A stretch of 63,416 bases of DNA, filler included, from Octopus bimaculoides (GCF_001194135.2; 6 parts of 6 records of this genome joined end to end with filler, not necessarily neighbours in it); one strand, 5' to 3'; counted from the whole stretch's first letter, positions 36,373 through 51,071 are shown. Notes: generated from the sequence alone by a model not told the origin. Program-made: numbers and translations.

Positions 36373-36988
36373 TCTTGCTCGTTGCCACTAGCTACCCGCA
36401 TTGACTTTGGAACTAAGGAACTATCAACACCCCTAGAATTAAAGGGCCGTTTTTCTTTTTGTTTGTTTGTTATTTTCTATTTTTATTTATTTATCTATTA
36501 TTTTTTTTTTTTTCATTTCTTATAAAACATCTTACACTTATTTCTGCATTGGCAAAACAATGAAAGGTTAGAGACATACGTTGTACAGGGTTGAAATTTA
36601 ATAGAAGGTCTGATGGAGAGTGGGATGAGGAGGAAGAGAAAATACCAAAAGAAAAAGAAAAAAAAAAGAAAAAAGATACATATGATTCTTCCGTTGCTAA
36701 ACCGTTACCCCTCGGGGATTAACATCCAGGAGATTATCTCCTACTTCAGAACTACCATTTTGAAATGGAAGACTTATTTACACCAGATGTTCTTTTCACG
36801 TATGCAATATATATATATACACATACACAAACACATACATACATATATACATACATACATTCATATATACATACAAACATACATACATTCATACACACTT
36901 ATATGCACACATGCATACATACACATATATTTCTATACATATATGAGTGTATGTATATGTATATATATATACATATACACACGCACAG

Positions 36989-37048
<60 letters not shown>

Positions 37049-37228
37049 GCATGCATATATCATATATATTTACACATGCATATATATATATATACATATA
37101 TACATGCACACATATAAATATGTATGTATATATATATGGGAGAATATACAAAAAATAACAACAGACGAGGACAGGTGGTGTAAATAACAAAAGTATATAT
37201 TAGTATGACGCTCGGGAATACGGAAAGT

Positions 37229-37263
37229 CTTTGACGTTTCGAGCTACGCTCTTCAACAGAAAG
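37229..37263 (-). ncRNA. Minimal hammerhead-like motif with CUGUUGA core variant
   Basis: Minus: CTTT-CTGTTGA-A-GAGC-gta-GCTC-GAAAC-GTC-AAAG. Perfect stems I and II, palindromic ACGT stem III, GUC triplet. Confidence 0.6.
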
Positions 37264-37774
37264 AATACGGAGACAAGGAGAAAAACACGGAGAAAAAAAA
37301 TTGAATAGTGTTCAGTCAACGGTCAATCAATATATATATATATACATATGCATATATTAATATATGTATTAATATATATATACATACGTTCATACATACA
37401 TGCATACATACATACATACATACATACATGCATACATAATGCTTATATATGTGCGTGCGTGTGCGTTTATCTACGCACGTATATGCAAATATAAAGGTGT
37501 GCATCCACAGATATATTCACACATATATACTGTTAGCTTTTGTTTCCTTTTATATCTTTGTATTTGTGTGTGCGCATGTCGCATGTTTTTGTATATTACT
37601 GCTTCCGGATGTGTGTATGTGTCTGCGAGTGCATCTCGGTGTGTGTGTGCATGTGTTAATGTGAGTAGGGGTGTGAATAGGAAAAAGAAACATTATTTTC
37701 CACATCGAAGACCATGACACACTAAAGAAACATGATGATGAAATGAAAGAGCAGAGAAAGGTGTAGTCGATATC

Positions 37775-37903
37775 ATTTTACCGACCCCCGAAAGTGTAAA
37801 TGGTGATATCAGCCTCGATGAGATTTGAAACCAGAACGTAAAGAGCAAATAAAATATCCCTTGACGTTTTTTACCGACGCGCTAACGATTCTGCCAGCTC
37901 TCG
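37775..37903 (-). mobile_element. SINE family C, 5' half
   Basis: gctaacgattctgccagctc; gatttgaaaccagaacgtaaag. Confidence 0.7.
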
Positions 37904-38000
37904 CATTTATGAATTGAAGCACAGTATGCGTTATACATACATACATACATATATACATGCATATATACATGCATATGCTAATTATTTATTTATGCGCCCT

Positions 38001-38303
38001 TTTAAAGCCTAACCAGGCTAATGGGCCCGGTTTCCCGGTTTCTATGGCGTATGTGTCCCCCCACCACCAGCTGGACGGGACGCCAGTTCATCGCAGCGTT
38101 ACTCAAGAAATAGGAAGAAAGAGTGAGAGAAATTTGGGGCGAAAGAGTACAACAGGGTTCGTCACCCGCCACCACTGCCAGAGCATCGTGAAGCTTTAGG
38201 TGTTTTCGCTCAATAAACACGCACAACGCCCGGTCTAGGAATCGAAACCATGATTCTCCGACCGCGAGTCCGCTGCCCTAACCACTGGGCCATTGCGCCT
38301 CCA
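38001..38303 (-). mobile_element. tRNA(Arg)-like SINE, head A plus tail Y
   Basis: Minus: ggaggcgcaatggcccagtggttagggcagcggactcgcgg...ggtttcgattcc...ttgagcgaaaacacctaaagc; tail gaactggcgtcccgtcc...agaaaccgggaaacc. Confidence 0.85.
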
Positions 38304-38311
38304 CTACATAT

Positions 38312-38520
38312 GCTGAACTAATGAGAAATTTATAGTTACTCTACCCAGATTACAGTCTTTGGGGCACTGAGATATGTAACACACGGCCTAAATACCGATC
38401 TTGAGAAATTAGTCTTCTCTAAACCAGAAAGGAGAAAACTGACTCGAAGACTGCAAATCCAGGCCATCACTGGAACGGTAAAAACATCTATAAAACTTTC
38501 GAGTTTATCATTTAAGTATA
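38312..38520 (+). mobile_element. R4/Dong-type endonuclease C-terminal fragment
   Basis: LLYPDY..FGAL.YV...LEKLVFSKPERRKLTRRLQIQAITGTVK. Confidence 0.7.
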
Positions 38521-39160
38521 TATNNNNNNNNNNNNNNNNNNNNNNNNNNNNNNNNNNNNNNNNNNNNNNNNNNNNNNNNNNNNNNNNNNNNNNNNNNNNN
38601 NNNNNNNNNNNNNNNNNNNNNNNNNNNNNNNNNNNNNNNNNNNNNNNNNNNNNNNNNNNNNNNNNNNNNNNNNNNNNNNNNNNNNNNNNNNNNNNNNNNN
38701 NNNNNNNNNNNNNNNNNNNNNNNNNNNNNNNNNNNNNNNNNNNNNNNNNNNNNNNNNNNNNNNNNNNNNNNNNNNNNNNNNNNNNNNNNNNNNNNNNNNN
38801 NNNNNNNNNNNNNNNNNNNNNNNNNNNNNNNNNNNNNNNNNNNNNNNNNNNNNNNNNNNNNNNNNNNNNNNNNNNNNNNNNNNNNNNNNNNNNNNNNNNN
38901 NNNNNNNNNNNNNNNNNNNNNNNNNNNNNNNNNNNNNNNNNNNNNNNNNNNNNNNNNNNNNNNNNNNNNNNNNNNNNNNNNNNNNNNNNNNNNNNNNNNN
39001 NNNNNNNNNNNNNNNNNNNNNNNNNNNNNNNNNNNNNNNNNNNNNNNNNNNNNNNNNNNNNNNNNNNNNNNNNNNNNNNNNNNNNNNNNNNNNNNNNNNN
39101 NNNNNNNNNNNNNNNNNNNNNNNNNNNNNNNNNNNNNNNNNNNNNNNNNNNNNNNNNNNN

Positions 39161-39395
39161 GTGTGTGTGTGTGTGTGTGTGTGTGTGCTTGTGCGTCTGT
39201 GTTTGTCCCATCAACATCGCTTGACAACCGATGCTGGTGTGTTTACGTCCCCGTAACTTAGCGGTTCGGCAAAAGCGAACGATAGAATAAGTACTAGGCT
39301 TCCAAAGAATAAGTCCTGGGGTCAATTTACTAGCCTAAAGACGGTGCTCCAGCATGGCCGCAGTCAAATGACTGAAACAAGTAAAAGTGTAAAAG
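39161..39395 (+). mobile_element. Family D: (TG)n-headed non-autonomous element without tRNA head
   Basis: (TG)n-gtttgtccc..cgcttgacaaccgatgctggtgtgtttacgtccccgtaacttagcggttcggc...ccagcatggccgcagtcaaatgactgaaacaagtaaaag. Confidence 0.8.
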
Positions 39396-39431
39396 GGTAT
39401 ATAAACAGAGGAGAGAAAGCGAGAGAGAGAA

Positions 39432-39471
<40 letters not shown>

Positions 39472-39658
39472 AAAGAGAAAGTGAAAGTACGTTATCTAAA
39501 TATGAGTTACAGAATGGGGAAACGAATGAGAAAAGAGAGCGAGAACAACTAAGAGTAGTAAAGAGGTGATAGCTTGGCCGACAGACATACATACAGACAT
39601 ACAAATAGACAGCGATATAGAGAGAGCGGAGGAGGGAGGGAGAGAGAGATTGAGAGAA

Positions 39659-39754
<96 letters not shown>

Positions 39755-40326
39755 GGACAGAGAGATGGGAAGAATGAAGAGATGTTCTGCAAAGATAGTT
39801 TGATATGATGGTAGCAGCAAAAAAACAAAAAGCAAAACAAATCCTGGTTATTGTATAAAGTTATTTGGATGGGTGTATGTATAGGTTAGGGAGTAGCAAT
39901 AAAGGGGTTTGTTGAGGAGCTGGAAAGAAAAAGGATGTTGAGAGAAAAATAAAAATAACTAAAGCGAAAATACTGTACAAAGTATTTAAAAAATGAACGA
40001 CGGAAATATAAAAAAAAACCAGATGAATAGAGGAAGTTAGCGATAATCAAGTAAAGAATAGAGATGTGATCAAATGTAACGAACAGGGCTCAATCGACGA
40101 TTAATCCTTGAATAACTACTCAAACATTATACACGGGATTGAATCATATCGCAGAAGACAATTTGTTTGTTTTGTTTAGTTATTTATTGGGGGCAGACGA
40201 CCAATAAAAGTCTATGACCTGGCAGAAGAGAGAAATTAGAGAAAACAAGATTGAGAAACAATAACTGAGATAAAGACAGAGTGATACATAAATAAAACAG
40301 ACAGATATGTAAGAGAGTGAGTGAGT

Positions 40327-40366
<40 letters not shown>

Positions 40367-41169
40367 AAAAAGCATCCCAAAGAAAAAGAGGCTTAAACAA
40401 GGGGAGATAATACGTGTATCAAGCTCAACTCTACTGTTGGAAAGGTTGTGCTCTGGAGCGAAAGGGTGATGGCTTTCGTGATTATAAGGAATTAGATAGT
40501 AATGCTTCAGTGATATTGTGAAGAATTGATGGAGTCGTGTTTAGGCACTTCAAAGTCTGCATGCAAGGTGCGCGTGTGTGAGTTCCTGTGTAGTATATGT
40601 GTGCGAAAATGCCTGTATGTGTGTGTGTATACATTATATATATATATATATATACATACATGCATGTATGTGTGTGTGTGTGTATGCTTACATAAACACC
40701 CAGTCGGGCACAAATCTGTTATCGACACGTATATTTTATACAAGAGAAGGCACGTATGTCTTTATGTGTGTAATGTCTGCATATCATAAATTCAAACACA
40801 CACACACACATACCCACACAGCTATCTTGGCCACGGCCTACGGCCAATCTGGAGCACTTTCTTATTCTGAAATTTAATGTTCTATGTATTTTATGTCGTT
40901 TCGGTGTTTATCCATGCACGTGTTTGTTTACTTACGTCCACGCTCTGTGACCAGTTCTGAAACATGGATAGTTTATATATTGAGAGAGAGGGAGACACAG
41001 AGAGAGAGAGTGTGTGTGTGAGAGAGAGAGACGGGGGTTGACAGAGAGAATACGAGAGAGTGAGTGAGAGAGAAAGAGGAAGAGAGATAGAGATACTGAT
41101 AGAGAGAAGGAACTAGATTTTCCGTCATTTTTTCCCATTTATTTTAATGACAAAAAAGTGTAAATTGAA

Positions 41170-41460
41170 GGATATACAGTTTCCTGTGTCCTTAACCTTC
41201 AGACATGCTTGCAGGAACTGTGCAAATGTCTGGTATTCCTTGAAGAATTCTGTCCAGACTCCGTTTAAATGTGATGGGATACTTTTCCTCTTTGATCAGT
41301 TTTGGGACAATGTTAAAGAGGGCAGGGCTTGTTTTGGGACAATGTTAAAGAGGGCAGGGCTTGTTTAGGAAAAGAAATTGTGTCGCAGTGTACCTATATG
41401 TTGTGATCCTGAATTGGGTAGGAGACGTATGGCCCGTGGTCCCAGCCTTGGATGAACCTT
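41170..41460 (-). mobile_element. CR1-group LINE ORF2 C-terminal relic with 32-bp tandem duplication (41300-41363)
   Basis: HPRLGPRA...TLRHNFF..PALFNIVPKLIK..FKRSLDRILQGIPD. Confidence 0.5.
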
Positions 41461-41551
41461 GAAACTAATGTTCAGCTCGTTTGGGCAACGCTCGCAGTAT
41501 ATTCTCCACATCGTACAAATGATGTACCGCTCGCGCGGCGCTACATATATT

Positions 41552-41740
41552 CTTTTATTCTTTTACTTGTTTCAGTCATTTGACTGCGGCCATGCTGGAG
41601 CACCGCCTTTAGTCGAACAAATCGATTCCAGGACTTATTCTTTGTAAGCTTAGTACTTCTAACGGTCAATTTTGCCGAACCGCTAAGTTACGGGAACGTA
41701 AACATCGGTTGTCAAGCAATGGTAGAGGGACAAACACACA
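41552..41740 (-). mobile_element. Family D copy
   Basis: Reverse complement of 39161-39395; abuts (CA/TA)n. Confidence 0.8.
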
Positions 41741-42663
41741 CACACAAATATACATACATACATACATACATACACATACACACACATATATATANNNNNN
41801 NNNNNNNNNNNNNNNNNNNNNNNNNNNNNNNNNNNNNNNNNNNNNNNNNNNNNNNNNNNNNNNNNNNNNNNNNNNNNNNNNNNNNNNNNNNNNNNNNNNN
41901 NNNNNNNNNNNNNNNNNNNNNNNNNNNNNNNNNNNNNNNNNNNNNNNNNNNNNNNNNNNNNNNNNNNNNNNNNNNNNNNNNNNNNNNNNNNNNNNNNNNN
42001 NNNNNNNNNNNNNNNNNNNNNNNNNNNNNNNNNNNNNNNNNNNNNNNNNNNNNNNNNNNNNNNNNNNNNNNNNNNNNNNNNNNNNNNNNNNNNNNNNNNN
42101 NNNNNNNNNNNNNNNNNNNNNNNNNNNNNNNNNNNNNNNNNNNNNNNNNNNNNNNNNNNNNNNNNNNNNNNNNNNNNNNNNNNNNNNNNNNNNNNNNNNN
42201 NNNNNNNNNNNNNNNNNNNNNNNNNNNNNNNNNNNNNNNNNNNNNNNNNNNNNNNNNNNNNNNNNNNNNNNNNNNNNNNNNNNNNNNNNNNNNNNNNNNN
42301 NNNNNNNNNNNNNNNNNNNNNNNNNNNNNNNNNNNNNNNNNNNNNNNNNNNNNNNNNNNNNNNNNNNNNNNNNNNNNNNNNNNNNNNNNNNNNNNNNNNN
42401 NNNNNNNNNNNNNNNNNNNNNNNNNNNNNNNNNNNNNNNNNNNNNNNNNNNNNNNNNNNNNNNNNNNNNNNNNNNNNNNNNNNNNNNNNNNNNNNNNNNN
42501 NNNNNNNNNNNNNNNNNNNNNNNNNNNNNNNNNNNNNNNNNNNNNNNNNNNNNNNNNNNNNNNNNNNNNNNNNNNNNNNNNNNNNNNNNNNNNNNNNNNN
42601 NNNNNNNNNNNNNNNNNNNNNNNNNNNNNNNNNNNNNNNNNNNNNNNNNNNNNNNNNNNNNNN

Positions 42664-42709
<46 letters not shown>

Positions 42710-42729
42710 TATATATGTATATGTGTATA

Positions 42730-43030
42730 GTGAAGGCACATCGCTCAGTGGTAAGAGCCTCGGACTCACAATAATGAGGTAGTGAGTTTGATTCCATGAC
42801 CGGACTGTGTGTTGTGTGCTTGAGTAAGACACTGTATTCCACGCTGCTCCAGTTCACTCAACTGTAGTGGTTTTTTATTGCCTTTCCCTTGGATAACATC
42901 AGTATCGTGGAGTGTGGAGTTCGGTATGCATGGGCGACCGCTTGTCTTCTGTAAACAACTTTGCCCGGACTTGATGAGAACTTTCTAAGTGCAATCCTAT
43001 GGTCATTCATGACCGAAGAGGGTCTTTGCC
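42730..43030 (+). mobile_element. tRNA-derived SINE, head B plus tail Z
   Basis: Same head and 3' end as 7795-8047. Confidence 0.8.
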
Positions 43031-43086
43031 CTTTATATACATCTGTTTGTCTATGTATCTATCTAAGTATCTATCTGTCCGTCTGA

Positions 43087-43135
<49 letters not shown>

Positions 43136-43636
43136 CATCCATAAAACTCATTAATTTTTCTCCACTCTTTCTATTTTCGGCTATCCACTTCTCTACTTCC
43201 GATCACAGTCCCTTTCTCCACGCATTTCCCTCTTCCTTCTACCCTCTCTGACCTTCTTTCACTCTATTCCTCGCCTCTCTCTCTCTGCTCTCTTCCTTTC
43301 TGTTTATCAATTATGTCGTCACTTACATTCCTCCAGTCTTTCTCTTTTTCTCTTGCTGTTCTCTCTGTTTTCCTTGCGTTACAACATCCATCTTTTTCTC
43401 TCATTTTCCCTAAAATTCTCCAACTCCTCTCTCCCTTTTGCTCCCCAATTTTCATTGCGATCCCTACACTATCCTATCTACTCTAGCCCACCCTTCCACG
43501 CCTCTCTTCTCTCTCGCTTGCTTTCTCAGCTTTTTGGCCTGTTTGCTTGTTTGTTTGTTTCTTTCTTCTTTGTTTCTCTCTCACTCTCTCTCTCTCTATC
43601 TCTTTCTCTCTCTCTCTCTCTCTCTCNNNNNNNNNN

Positions 43637-43684
<48 letters not shown>

Positions 43685-44414
43685 ACTGAACTGCCTCACT
43701 CCTTGTTTCGTATTTGGTATGTGCGTTGATATAAGAATGTTTCGGCACAACAGCCGAGAGAGAAGTAAGAGAAAGAGGAGGAGGAGAGAGAAAGAGAGTG
43801 AGTGAGAGAGAGGGGGAAAGGGAGTCGTACTCCGGGGGGAAAATAAAGAACATATAAGAGGATTAAAGACACTCATAACGGCAACAACAACAACAGCAAG
43901 AACAAAAACAATAATATTAAAGTGACGAAAGCATGAACAACAACTATGATATCAACAACAACAACAACACTAACTGCAACAATGTAAGAGAGACTAAGAT
44001 AAATATAAAGACAACAACAATAACAACAATAGCGACGACAACTACAACTACAGCGGCAGCAGCAGCAACAACAACAACAACAACAACAACAGAAATAAAT
44101 AATAATAAAAATAATAATAACAATAATAACAACAATGGCAACGAGGACCAAAATGGCGACAACGTTATTAAACACAGTAGGAAATAGAAACAGCAGCAGT
44201 GATGAAAATAGGAACGACAAATGGTTAAAAATATGTAATAAAATACATTAACAAATAATGATAACAACAAAAATATACTGATTATAAAAAAGAAAACAAC
44301 AACAAAAATAACGACAATAGAATCTGCTGACAAAATGACAAAAGGATGAATAAGAAATGTCTGGAAAAACACAACAACAAAAAAAAAACGACAGCGATTA
44401 TAAGAATTCTTTCT

Positions 44415-44905
44415 TATTTTGGTACGAGGTGAGCAATTTTGAAGGTCGGTGGGGGGGAGGGCGAGGAAAGTTGCTCACAATGCCATCAGTACATTACTGG
44501 TATTTTATTTTATCGACGCCGAAAGGATGAAAGGCGAAGTTGACCTCTTGACCTTGGTGGGATTTGAACGCAGAACGTAAAGAGCCGGAAGGAATGTCTC
44601 CCTCTCTAAGCATTTTTTCCGATGCGATAATGATTCTGCCGGCTCGCTTCCTTAATGGTTTCTAATTTAGAGACAGAGGGCCGGACAAAGGGCCGCAGTT
44701 TTGAAATAACAACTAAGTTAAACCGTTGACTACAGTACTTGACTAAGTATTCTATATTATCTGACCTCGAAGAGATGTTAAAAGCAAGGTCCACTTCGCC
44801 GGGAATTGAACTCAGAACACCAATAACATGGAAAAATACAAGCAAGGATAGGAAAAGTATTTTTACCGGCGCCACATTACAATTCTGACATGTCACCGCC
44901 ATCAA
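44415..44905 (-). mobile_element. Two tandem SINE family C copies (44415-44650, 44695-44905)
   Basis: Both show the gaatttgaac.cagaac B-box complement and the central domain. Confidence 0.7.
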
Positions 44906-44937
44906 AACCAACAATAGTAACATACATGAACAACCTT

Positions 44938-45319
44938 GTTGTTGGCACTCCGTCGCTTACGACGTCGAGGGTTCCACTTGAACCGATCAACGGAACAGCC
45001 TGCTCGTGAAATTAACGTGCAAGTGGCTGAGCACTCCACAGACACGTGTACCTTTAACGTAGTTCTCGGGGATATTCAGTGTGACACAGTGTGACAAAGC
45101 TGGCCCTTTGAATTACAGGTACAACAGAGACAGGAAGAAAGAGTGAGAGAAAGTTGTGGTGGAAGAGTACAGCAGGATTTACCACCATCCCTTGCCGGAG
45201 CCCCGTGGAGCTTTAGGTGTTTTCGCTCAATAAACACTCACAACGCTCGGTCTGGGAATCGAAACCGCGATCCTATGACCAGAGTCCGCTACCCTAAACA
45301 CTGGGCCATTGCGCCTCCA
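44938..45319 (-). mobile_element. tRNA(Arg)-like SINE, head A plus tail X
   Basis: Head as at 38303; tail as at 35240-35385. Confidence 0.85.
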
Positions 45320-45373
45320 CTACATGAACAACGAAGACAACATTATATTCTCGAAACTATTCTAGAAAAGACG

Positions 45374-45407
<34 letters not shown>

Positions 45408-45417
45408 TAGTAGTAGT

Positions 45418-45458
<41 letters not shown>

Positions 45459-45460
45459 TA

Positions 45461-45492
<32 letters not shown>

Positions 45493-45752
45493 TGTTGGTG
45501 TTGTTTAAGTCCAGGTTAGCCCAGATAGAATAAATGAATTCTTTTAATTAAAGGTCACGATAACTTCTTTTGCAATGGTGTAGCACAAAGAAAATGATGT
45601 TCCAATCTTTTCCTTCATAACACGTTACGGCGTCGATTTCAAGGCGATTTGGTTTATATTTCTAGCAGGGAAGAGCGACCAGATGAAGTCAGTTTCATTG
45701 GTTTGATGTAGTTCGGGGAGTTAGGGTGCAATGGGAATTAGAAGATTAGCTA

Positions 45753-45793
<41 letters not shown>

Positions 45794-46471
45794 NNNNNNN
45801 NNNNNNNNNNNNNNNNNNNNNNNNNNNNNNNNNNNNNNNNNNNNNNNNNNNNNNNNNNNNNNNNNNNNNNNNNNNNNNNNNNNNNNNNNNNNNNNNNNNN
45901 NNNNNNNNNNNNNNNNNNNNNNNNNNNNNNNNNNNNNNNNNNNNNNNNNNNNNNNNNNNNNNNNNNNNNNNNNNNNNNNNNNNNNNNNNNNNNNNNNNNN
46001 NNNNNNNNNNNNNNNNNNNNNNNNNNNNNNNNNNNNNNNNNNNNNNNNNNNNNNNNNNNNNNNNNNNNNNNNNNNNNNNNNNNNNNNNNNNNNNNNNNNN
46101 NNNNNNNNNNNNNNNNNNNNNNNNNNNNNNNNNNNNNNNNNNNNNNNNNNNNNNNNNNNNNNNNNNNNNNNNNNNNNNNNNNNNNNNNNNNNNNNNNNNN
46201 NNNNNNNNNNNNNNNNNNNNNNNNNNNNNNNNNNNNNNNNNNNNNNNNNNNNNNNNNNNNNNNNNNNNNNNNNNNNNNNNNNNNNNNNNNNNNNNNNNNN
46301 NNNNNNNNNNNNNNNNNNNNNNNNNNNNNNNNNNNNNNNNNNNNNNNGTAGCAGTGACGGTGTTGGGGCAGTGGTGGTGGTGGTGGTGGTGGTGGTGATA
46401 GCGACGAAGTTCTCTGAATGTCGAACTCGGTGCAGATTCGAGAAGCTTATCGTCACAGTTTTAATGACGGC

Positions 46472-46507
<36 letters not shown>

Positions 46508-46508
46508 T

Positions 46509-46595
<87 letters not shown>

Positions 46596-46706
46596 ACAAT
46601 AGTAGTGGTAGTAGTAGTAGTAGGTTGGTAGTGTCGGTTCTGAATTCTCGAGTGGGGACAACACTCGACGATTGATAGGCTCTCTCTCTCTTTCTCTCTA
46701 TCTCTA

Positions 46707-46761
<55 letters not shown>

Positions 46762-47185
46762 AACACACATGCGCCCATACATGTAAATACACATATTCAC
46801 ATACGCAAATACACACGCACTAACAATTCCACATGCAACTATATGAAATTGCAATGAAATATGTTCTACGCATATACATGAGTGTGTGTATGTGTGCAAT
46901 GCGATCACAGGAATGTACATTATATGTATGTGTGTGTGTGTGTGTGACAGAGAGAGTGAGTGTTTATAGGGAAGAAAAAGGTGCAGAGCTGTTGGTTTGA
47001 GACCGGAAAATTATTTTCAATTGGTGACGGAGAAAGATTGAGAAAATACAGAGAATGTAGTGAATATTATTGCATACCTAGATATATATGTTTATATACA
47101 TGCATGCACATATTTGTGCATATATATATATAGATACATACACACGTATATATGTATGTATGAATGTATCTATGTATGTATATGC

Positions 47186-47237
<52 letters not shown>

Positions 47238-47319
47238 ACCCTTTCTCTCCATAAGTATATATGTTTGCACGTGTGTATGTATATATACATGCATAGACAT
47301 ATATATGTGTACACACACG

Positions 47320-47350
<31 letters not shown>

Positions 47351-47508
47351 GCACACACACACATATATATATATAAACACATCTACATGTACATACATAC
47401 ACATACACACATATTATTTATGTATATGTATATGTATATATTTATACGTATATATAGATATATAGGTATATATATAAAATGATTATATCAGTGACCTAGC
47501 ACTTAAAA

Positions 47509-47544
<36 letters not shown>

Positions 47545-47546
47545 AT

Positions 47547-47584
<38 letters not shown>

Positions 47585-47820
47585 GTGNNNNNNNNNNNNN
47601 NNNNNNNNNNNNNNNNNNNNNNNNNNNNNNNNNNNNNNNNNNNNNNNNNNNNNNNNNNNNNNNNNNNNNNNNNNNNNNNNNNNNNNNNNNNNNNNNNNNN
47701 NNNNNNNNNNNNNNNNNNNNNNNNNNNNNNNNNNNNNNNNNNNNNNNNNNNNNNNNNNNNNNNNNNNNNNNNNNNNNNNNNNNNNNNNNNNNNNNNNNNN
47801 NNNNNNNNNNNNNNNNNNNN

Positions 47821-47858
<38 letters not shown>

Positions 47859-48315
47859 GGTGTGTGTGTGTGTGTGTATGTGTGTGTGTGTGTAAGATAA
47901 TTCTGTCCATCAGATTTTTAACTCGAGCGACTCTAAAACGAACAGCTAATAAGGACAGCTAATAAGTATTGAGTTTGAGGAGGTGAGGAGTAGGAAGAGG
48001 TGAAAGTAAAGAGGAAAAGATCAACAAGGATGGTAGTGATGATGACAATAATGATGATAATGATGACAACAATTGTTATTGATGATGATGATGTTGACGT
48101 TGAGGGGAAGATGATGTGGAGAATGAGGATGTTGCTGTTTAGGATGATGCTGGTGAATGTAATGATTATGATGATGATGATGAATATTATGACGATGACG
48201 ATGACGACGTTAGCTGCTGTGGTGATGATTCTGATATATGCTGACGATTGCAATGATGACAGCAACACAGATGACGATGACGACGACGACGACGACGACG
48301 AAGGATTGTTATGAC

Positions 48316-48356
<41 letters not shown>

Positions 48357-49448
48357 CAACATTGGTGTTGGTGCTGCTGCCGTGTTTCGTCTGCATCTGT
48401 CGTTGCTGCTGCTGCAGCTGCTGGAGATGATGATTATGGTGATGATGATGACGATGACGATGACGATGCTGATGATGCGCAAGGTAAATGTGGAGGGAGA
48501 GCTAGACTCGTGCTCCGATTTAAGGATCAATGCGAATATCTGCAAGATTATTTGGGCTGAAAGAATTTGCGGAGACAAGTTGAAACGGTCTGCTTCCTTC
48601 TCCTCAAACCCCTTCTTCCAACAAATCTGGAAACCCCGTGCGCGATTCATTCTAGGCTTGCATTACATATATACTATATTCTATGATAGATAATATATAT
48701 ATANNNNNNNNNNNNNNNNNNNNNNNNNNNNNNNNNNNNNNNNNNNNNNNNNNNNNNNNNNNNNNNNNNNNNNNNNNNNNNNNNNNNNNNNNNNNNNNNN
48801 NNNNNNNNNNNNNNNNNNNNNNNNNNNNNNNNNNNNNNNNNNNNNNNNNNNNNNNNNNNNNNNNNNNNNNNNNNNNNNNNNNNNNNNNNNNNNNNNNNNN
48901 NNNNNNNNNNNNNNNNNNNNNNNNNNNNNNNNNNNNNNNNNNNNNNNNNNNNNNNNNNNNNNNNNNNNNNNNNNNNNNNNNNNNNNNNNNNNNNNNNNNN
49001 NNNNNNNNNNNNNNNNNNNNNNNNNNNNNNNNNNNNNNNNNNNNNNNNNNNNNNNNNNNNNNNNNNNNNNNNNNNNNNNNNNNNNNNNNNNNNNNNNNNN
49101 NNNNNNNNNNNNNNNNNNNNNNNNNNNNNNNNNNNNNNNNNNNNNNNNNNNNNNNNNNNNNNNNNNNNNNNNNNNNNNNNNNNNNNNNNNNNNNNNNNNN
49201 NNNNNNNNNNNNNNNNNNNNNNNNNNNNNNNNNNNNNNNNNNNNNNNNNNNNNNNNNNNNNNNNNNNNNNNNNNNNNNNNNNNNNNNNNNNNNNNNNNNN
49301 NNNNNNNNNNNNNNNNNNNNNNNNNNNNNNNNNNNNNNNNNNNNNNNNNNNNNNNNNNNNNNNNNNNNNNNNNNNNNNNNNNNNNNNNNNNNNNNNNNNN
49401 NNNNNNNNNNNNNNNNNNNNNNNNNNNNNNNNNNNNNNNNNNNNNNNN

Positions 49449-49479
<31 letters not shown>

Positions 49480-50142
49480 GTATATATATATATATAAGAT
49501 GATGTTGATGAGGGTATTGATGATGATGATGACGATGACAACGATGGTTTGGAGGAAGCGTGAGAGAAAGATAGCAAGAAATAGTAATGAAAGAAATGAT
49601 GAAGAATATTGAGAGAAAGAAAGAAAAATAGATAAAGAAAGAGAGAGAGAGAGAGGAAGAGGGAGAGAGAGTTAGATAGAGAGACAGATAGAAAAAGACA
49701 TTAAAATGTAGAATGGAGGAGAGTGACAGAGAAGAATAAAGATGGTTAGAGAGGGTGGGGCTAGAGAGACGTGGTTTAACTTAAAACCGTACAATATAAT
49801 CGGCTTTTCTTTCTGTACAGCTCCAAATTATTAAATAATTAAACAGACTGTTTTGTATTTTTAGTTATTGTTTATTCATATTTATATTTGTATTTTCATA
49901 TATTAATTTTTTTTTTTCAAACATTTTTCCCATTTTCAGTGTTGGTAACGGCTGTAGTGATGATGATGACGACGACGACGACTACGACGACGATGATGAT
50001 GATGATGATGCCGGTGATGATGATGATGATGATGATGACGGTTGTAATGCTGTTGTTGTTCGCAGTGTTGTCAGTGGTTATTATGGTAATGGTGGCTGAT
50101 GTTGGCAGTGGTGATGGTGGTGGTGGTGGTGGTGTGTACGTA

Positions 50143-50202
<60 letters not shown>

Positions 50203-50357
50203 TAGGTGAGGGTAGTGATAGACTTAGACATGTGTTATTAATGTATCACCGTTTCTCTCGGCAAAGATGAACGCCGCTGGCAAAGAGCTGAGCTGTGTCT
50301 TAGTTCCTTAGTTTCATTCCAGCATGTTCGGTACCTCATTTTAGAGAGGTCACCGCT

Positions 50358-50388
<31 letters not shown>

Positions 50389-51071
50389 CTGTCGTAGTTA
50401 TTGCTGTTGGTTTTATTGTTGTAGGTATCGTTATCTGTTTTTCTTTATTTTTTTTTTTTGTACTCATCCGTTTAGTAGAAACATTTATATTCACGTACTG
50501 TTATTTTAATGTCGTTTTTAACACGACACACACGCGCGCGCGGGCGCATGCTAATATCGAACAGTGAAATTTAGTGATCAGTTCCGCATTGGCAGATAAA
50601 TATTCTTTATTTGTCGGTTAACAATCATCAAGCCTACAACATTAGAGCGTTGGTACTCATATCACCATTTTGGATGACAATAAATGAGAATACAGGCTTA
50701 ATGATTGTTAAAAGATTCCTGATTGCATGAAACCATCGGTAGCCTTGCTAAACCACAACTGAAGTGTATACACACACACGCATACACACACACACATACA
50801 TACACGCACACGCACAGACACGCACACATATATATACATATATAAAAAGAAAAAGAAAATGGAGATTGAGAAATTAATAATTGTTTATTATTAAAAGCAA
50901 ATTAATCATCATCCCTTACAGCCGTTTCACTTAATCCTCAGTAAATATTAAGTAAATACTAAGTTTATATTTATACGACCTGAGCATAATATCTTCATGT
51001 GGGGGGAAATATACCCTTGGATGTTTTATATGCTTATGGATTCATTATCATCATCATCATCATCATCATCA

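Noticed and set aside
40825-40850. GC-rich near-palindrome ttggccacggcctacggccaa as a Helitron 3' hairpin
   Set aside because: No downstream CTRR terminus and no second copy.
48500-48660. GC-balanced unique island with ORFs on both strands
   Set aside because: The ORFs owe most of their length to the adjacent GAT repeats; no recognisable motif or splice pair.
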